In this document: positions 61,583 through 64,000 of the stretch, in pieces
Numbering within the stretch: the first letter of the stretch is position 1
Layout: each line of letters opens with the position of its first letter
Assembly: GCA_976551045.1 (NCBI GenBank)
Contig: CDPCPM010000281.1
Span: 9,548,001 to 9,612,000, forward strand
Direction of reading: 5' to 3'
Length of the DNA stretch: 64,000 bases
Origin: Glaucostegus cemiculus
Taxonomy: Eukaryota
Made by a program: the position numbers and the translations under genes
The notes under the pieces: generated by a model
Seen by the model: the letters and a program-made list of their open reading frames with translations, nothing else
Database searches by the model: none
What the model was told of the DNA's origin: nothing

Positions 61583-63661
61583 TAAAACCAGTACGGTTCA
61601 TATTCGCTACACAAAACAGGCATTTGAAATGTTTCCTGCTGCTCTAGAACTCAATATTTTGAACAGAACCATTTTAGGAGCAGGTACATATCTCAAAACC
61701 AGTGAGTGCACCACATATGATTATAGAGAAATGTGATTTTTCTCTTTCTATCCCACTCTCCTACACCTTAGACAGACCTCTAAACCTGAAACTTAAAAAA
61801 GTAGTTTCCTTAATGTACAAGACTTCATTGATGTCACATATGCAAGACTGTATGAATTGTATAGGCTTTGCTTCATCCCCTGGCAGTCTATGTCCCGTGT
61901 TGCTACATCCATGTACTCTGATGCTGGGCTTTTACCCTGTGATGCATTTGACTCCCCATTTAAATCTCCCAAAATGTATGTTTATTGTGCTGGAGCTTCT
62001 ATTATAAGGAGTCCTTAATGGCTTCTCTATTGACAGGGCAACTTCTTGGAGAGTTTTGTTACCACTCCTTGGGACATCTACAGAAGGAAAAGGAATCATG
62101 TGATAGTCTACAGTTTGGAACAAATGGCTAAATACATTGTAGCAAGACCAGCATAATGTCCTTCTACTCTTGGTCATTTGTGTGACTCTCTTAATAAGTT
62201 TAAAGGCTCTGGAGAGTAATAGAGGGTAAGAACACCTGCCTTTGTAAGTTGGTGTAATACCACCATGCCTCGCCCAAGTTATCCATGGCCTCCCTTGAAA
62301 TAACTTACTGAAACTGCTTCTCAGGATGAATGAAGCATCGTCATTTTACTACTTTGCCAACAATGCACTAACTGTCTCAATTAATGTAGGCAATCTTACA
62401 TGTTTTTTTAAAGAAAAGACCATACACATTTATCTGCCACATTTAGATTTAACAAGCGAAAAGATAAGTACAGAACATACAAGTTGTTTTAGGAATTACA
62501 TGATTCGTTAAATTAAAGTACAGGTTTTTTGACCCCTGTCTCCATGGCAAATGTCCATTGCTGTATGGTAGATGGGAAGAAGAAAGGAGGCTGGGATGAA
62601 TATTCTCCATCCTGCTAGTTTAAGCCGGTTCCATGCCTGGACTCAGCAAGTGGTATCTGTGATTCTTTCCTTACTTGGGAATGGGCACGCATTAATAACT
62701 GATACAATTGCATTGTTTCCTGGTCTTATCACCAATGGATGATGGAAGGTGCACTGTCATGTTGTGCAGAACCTGTTGGCTCAAGCAAAGGTTTACAAGT
62801 CATCCTGCAAGGTTTTTGTGTTCACCACACTTCCTCCAGCACCAAACACCAGGCCTTCTTCGTAAAACAAATACTCTTCTCCCAGTTGCAGCTTGTTGAC
62901 TGTTGCAGTCAGAGTCCTTAATGGTAGCTCCAAAGGCGGCGAGATTACACAGGGTAATCCCTGTGCCACTTAAACCAGTTTGGTGTCTCACTCCACACTT
63001 GGGAAAGTAGCATCAAATAATTAGGTACAGCTCCCAAAAATGCTGATCATTCAAGAAGAAAAAGACAAGCTGAAATATTGGCCCCTGGCCAGAGTACAGC
63101 TTCACGGTGGCTGATTAAGTTAAGTTTTGCTCCTGGTACATGGTACTCCATTACTTATGGATCAGATTCTACAGTTGGCCAATTTTCTGTATAAGTTGAA
63201 ATTCACTTGATCTATGTTGTGTAAAAACAAGTTACTGCACTGAAAATGTAGTGCTAAATCAGCTTGTTTGAACTTAAGCAATCCTTTGGTACACTAATAG
63301 GTATCCCTGTTATAATAGTGCTTGTATGCTGGACAAATAAAGAAAATTACCCCAAGGAACAGTAGTAACAAATTATATGAACTTCTGCGAGTAGTTAAAG
63401 CATGGGGCAAGGACAGACAGTGATGATCTAACTCCTCACTGAAAACGAAAAACAGCAGGAAAAAACTTTGCATCATTTATTACAATGATCAGGAAATATA
63501 TGGTATTAATAAAAATGCACCGTTGTTCTCAGATTTCCTGTTCAACTATAAGACAGAGTCTAATGAATTTGCTTAAGTACATCTAATGATGTGATGTCAT
63601 AATGATCAGAGTTTTTTTGGGATATGACTAACAATAATAAATCAGTATTTGCTACTCATGT

Positions 63662-63910
63662 CATAAGGGTATTAAGAATCAGCCATGTAGTGTGTGACAA
63701 GACCCATGTGTTGGCCAGATTGGGTACGGGATAGGACTGCTTTCCTGAAGAGCATTTGTTGGACTTTTATGATAATTGAGCAGTTTTTGTGGTTTTTTTG
63801 GTTGGTCCTATTTCCAAGTTACCAGAGCTATTGAATGTCTTTGTACAATTTCAATAGTGGGATAATAAAATGGTTCCCTCTAATAATGACCAGTTTACTC
63901 TGTTATGCCA
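63662..63910 (-). mobile_element. Old tRNA-derived SINE (family of 3428/9016)
   Basis: GGGTATTAAGAATCAGCCA..GGCCAGATTGGGTA..TTTCCTGAAG, colinear with 3500-3760. Confidence 0.6.
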
Positions 63911-64000
63911 GTGAATATATCATGTAATAACTGTATGGTCCAGATCCTGATGTGATTAGGATCCAACTGATGTGTTGTCATGAAGCCTTGTCTGCCATAG

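Overview
Vertebrate nuclear DNA, AT-rich and CpG-depleted, with no intact host gene. The repeat set (HER1/CR1 LINE 3' ends, HE1-type V-SINEs, SacSINE1-like DeuSINEs, Penelope pLTR remnants, Rex1, RTE, Tx1/L1 and L2 fragments) points to a cartilaginous fish, probably a ray or sawfish (inference from remembered family consensi, not from a search). The window probably starts inside a coding exon (1-77, open frame, GTAAGT donor at 78), and the rest looks like one very long intron. It holds about 50 decayed or nested retroelement fragments and several repeat-free blocks rich in homeodomain/TALE motifs that resemble conserved developmental enhancers. Most ORFs in the track are chance or retroelement ORFs. 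The most interesting signals are: (1) a Penelope-derived short-element family carrying a minimal hammerhead-ribozyme motif, whose ends and inversion junctions cluster at that motif, including two TSD-flanked hairpin insertions; (2) V-SINEs that share a head but carry different LINE tails; (3) a 24-bp minisatellite born inside a DeuSINE; (4) LF-SINE-like relics; (5) an unexplained ~155-bp direct repeat pair. There are no prokaryotic systems or CRISPR arrays. Boundaries of old repeats are approximate.
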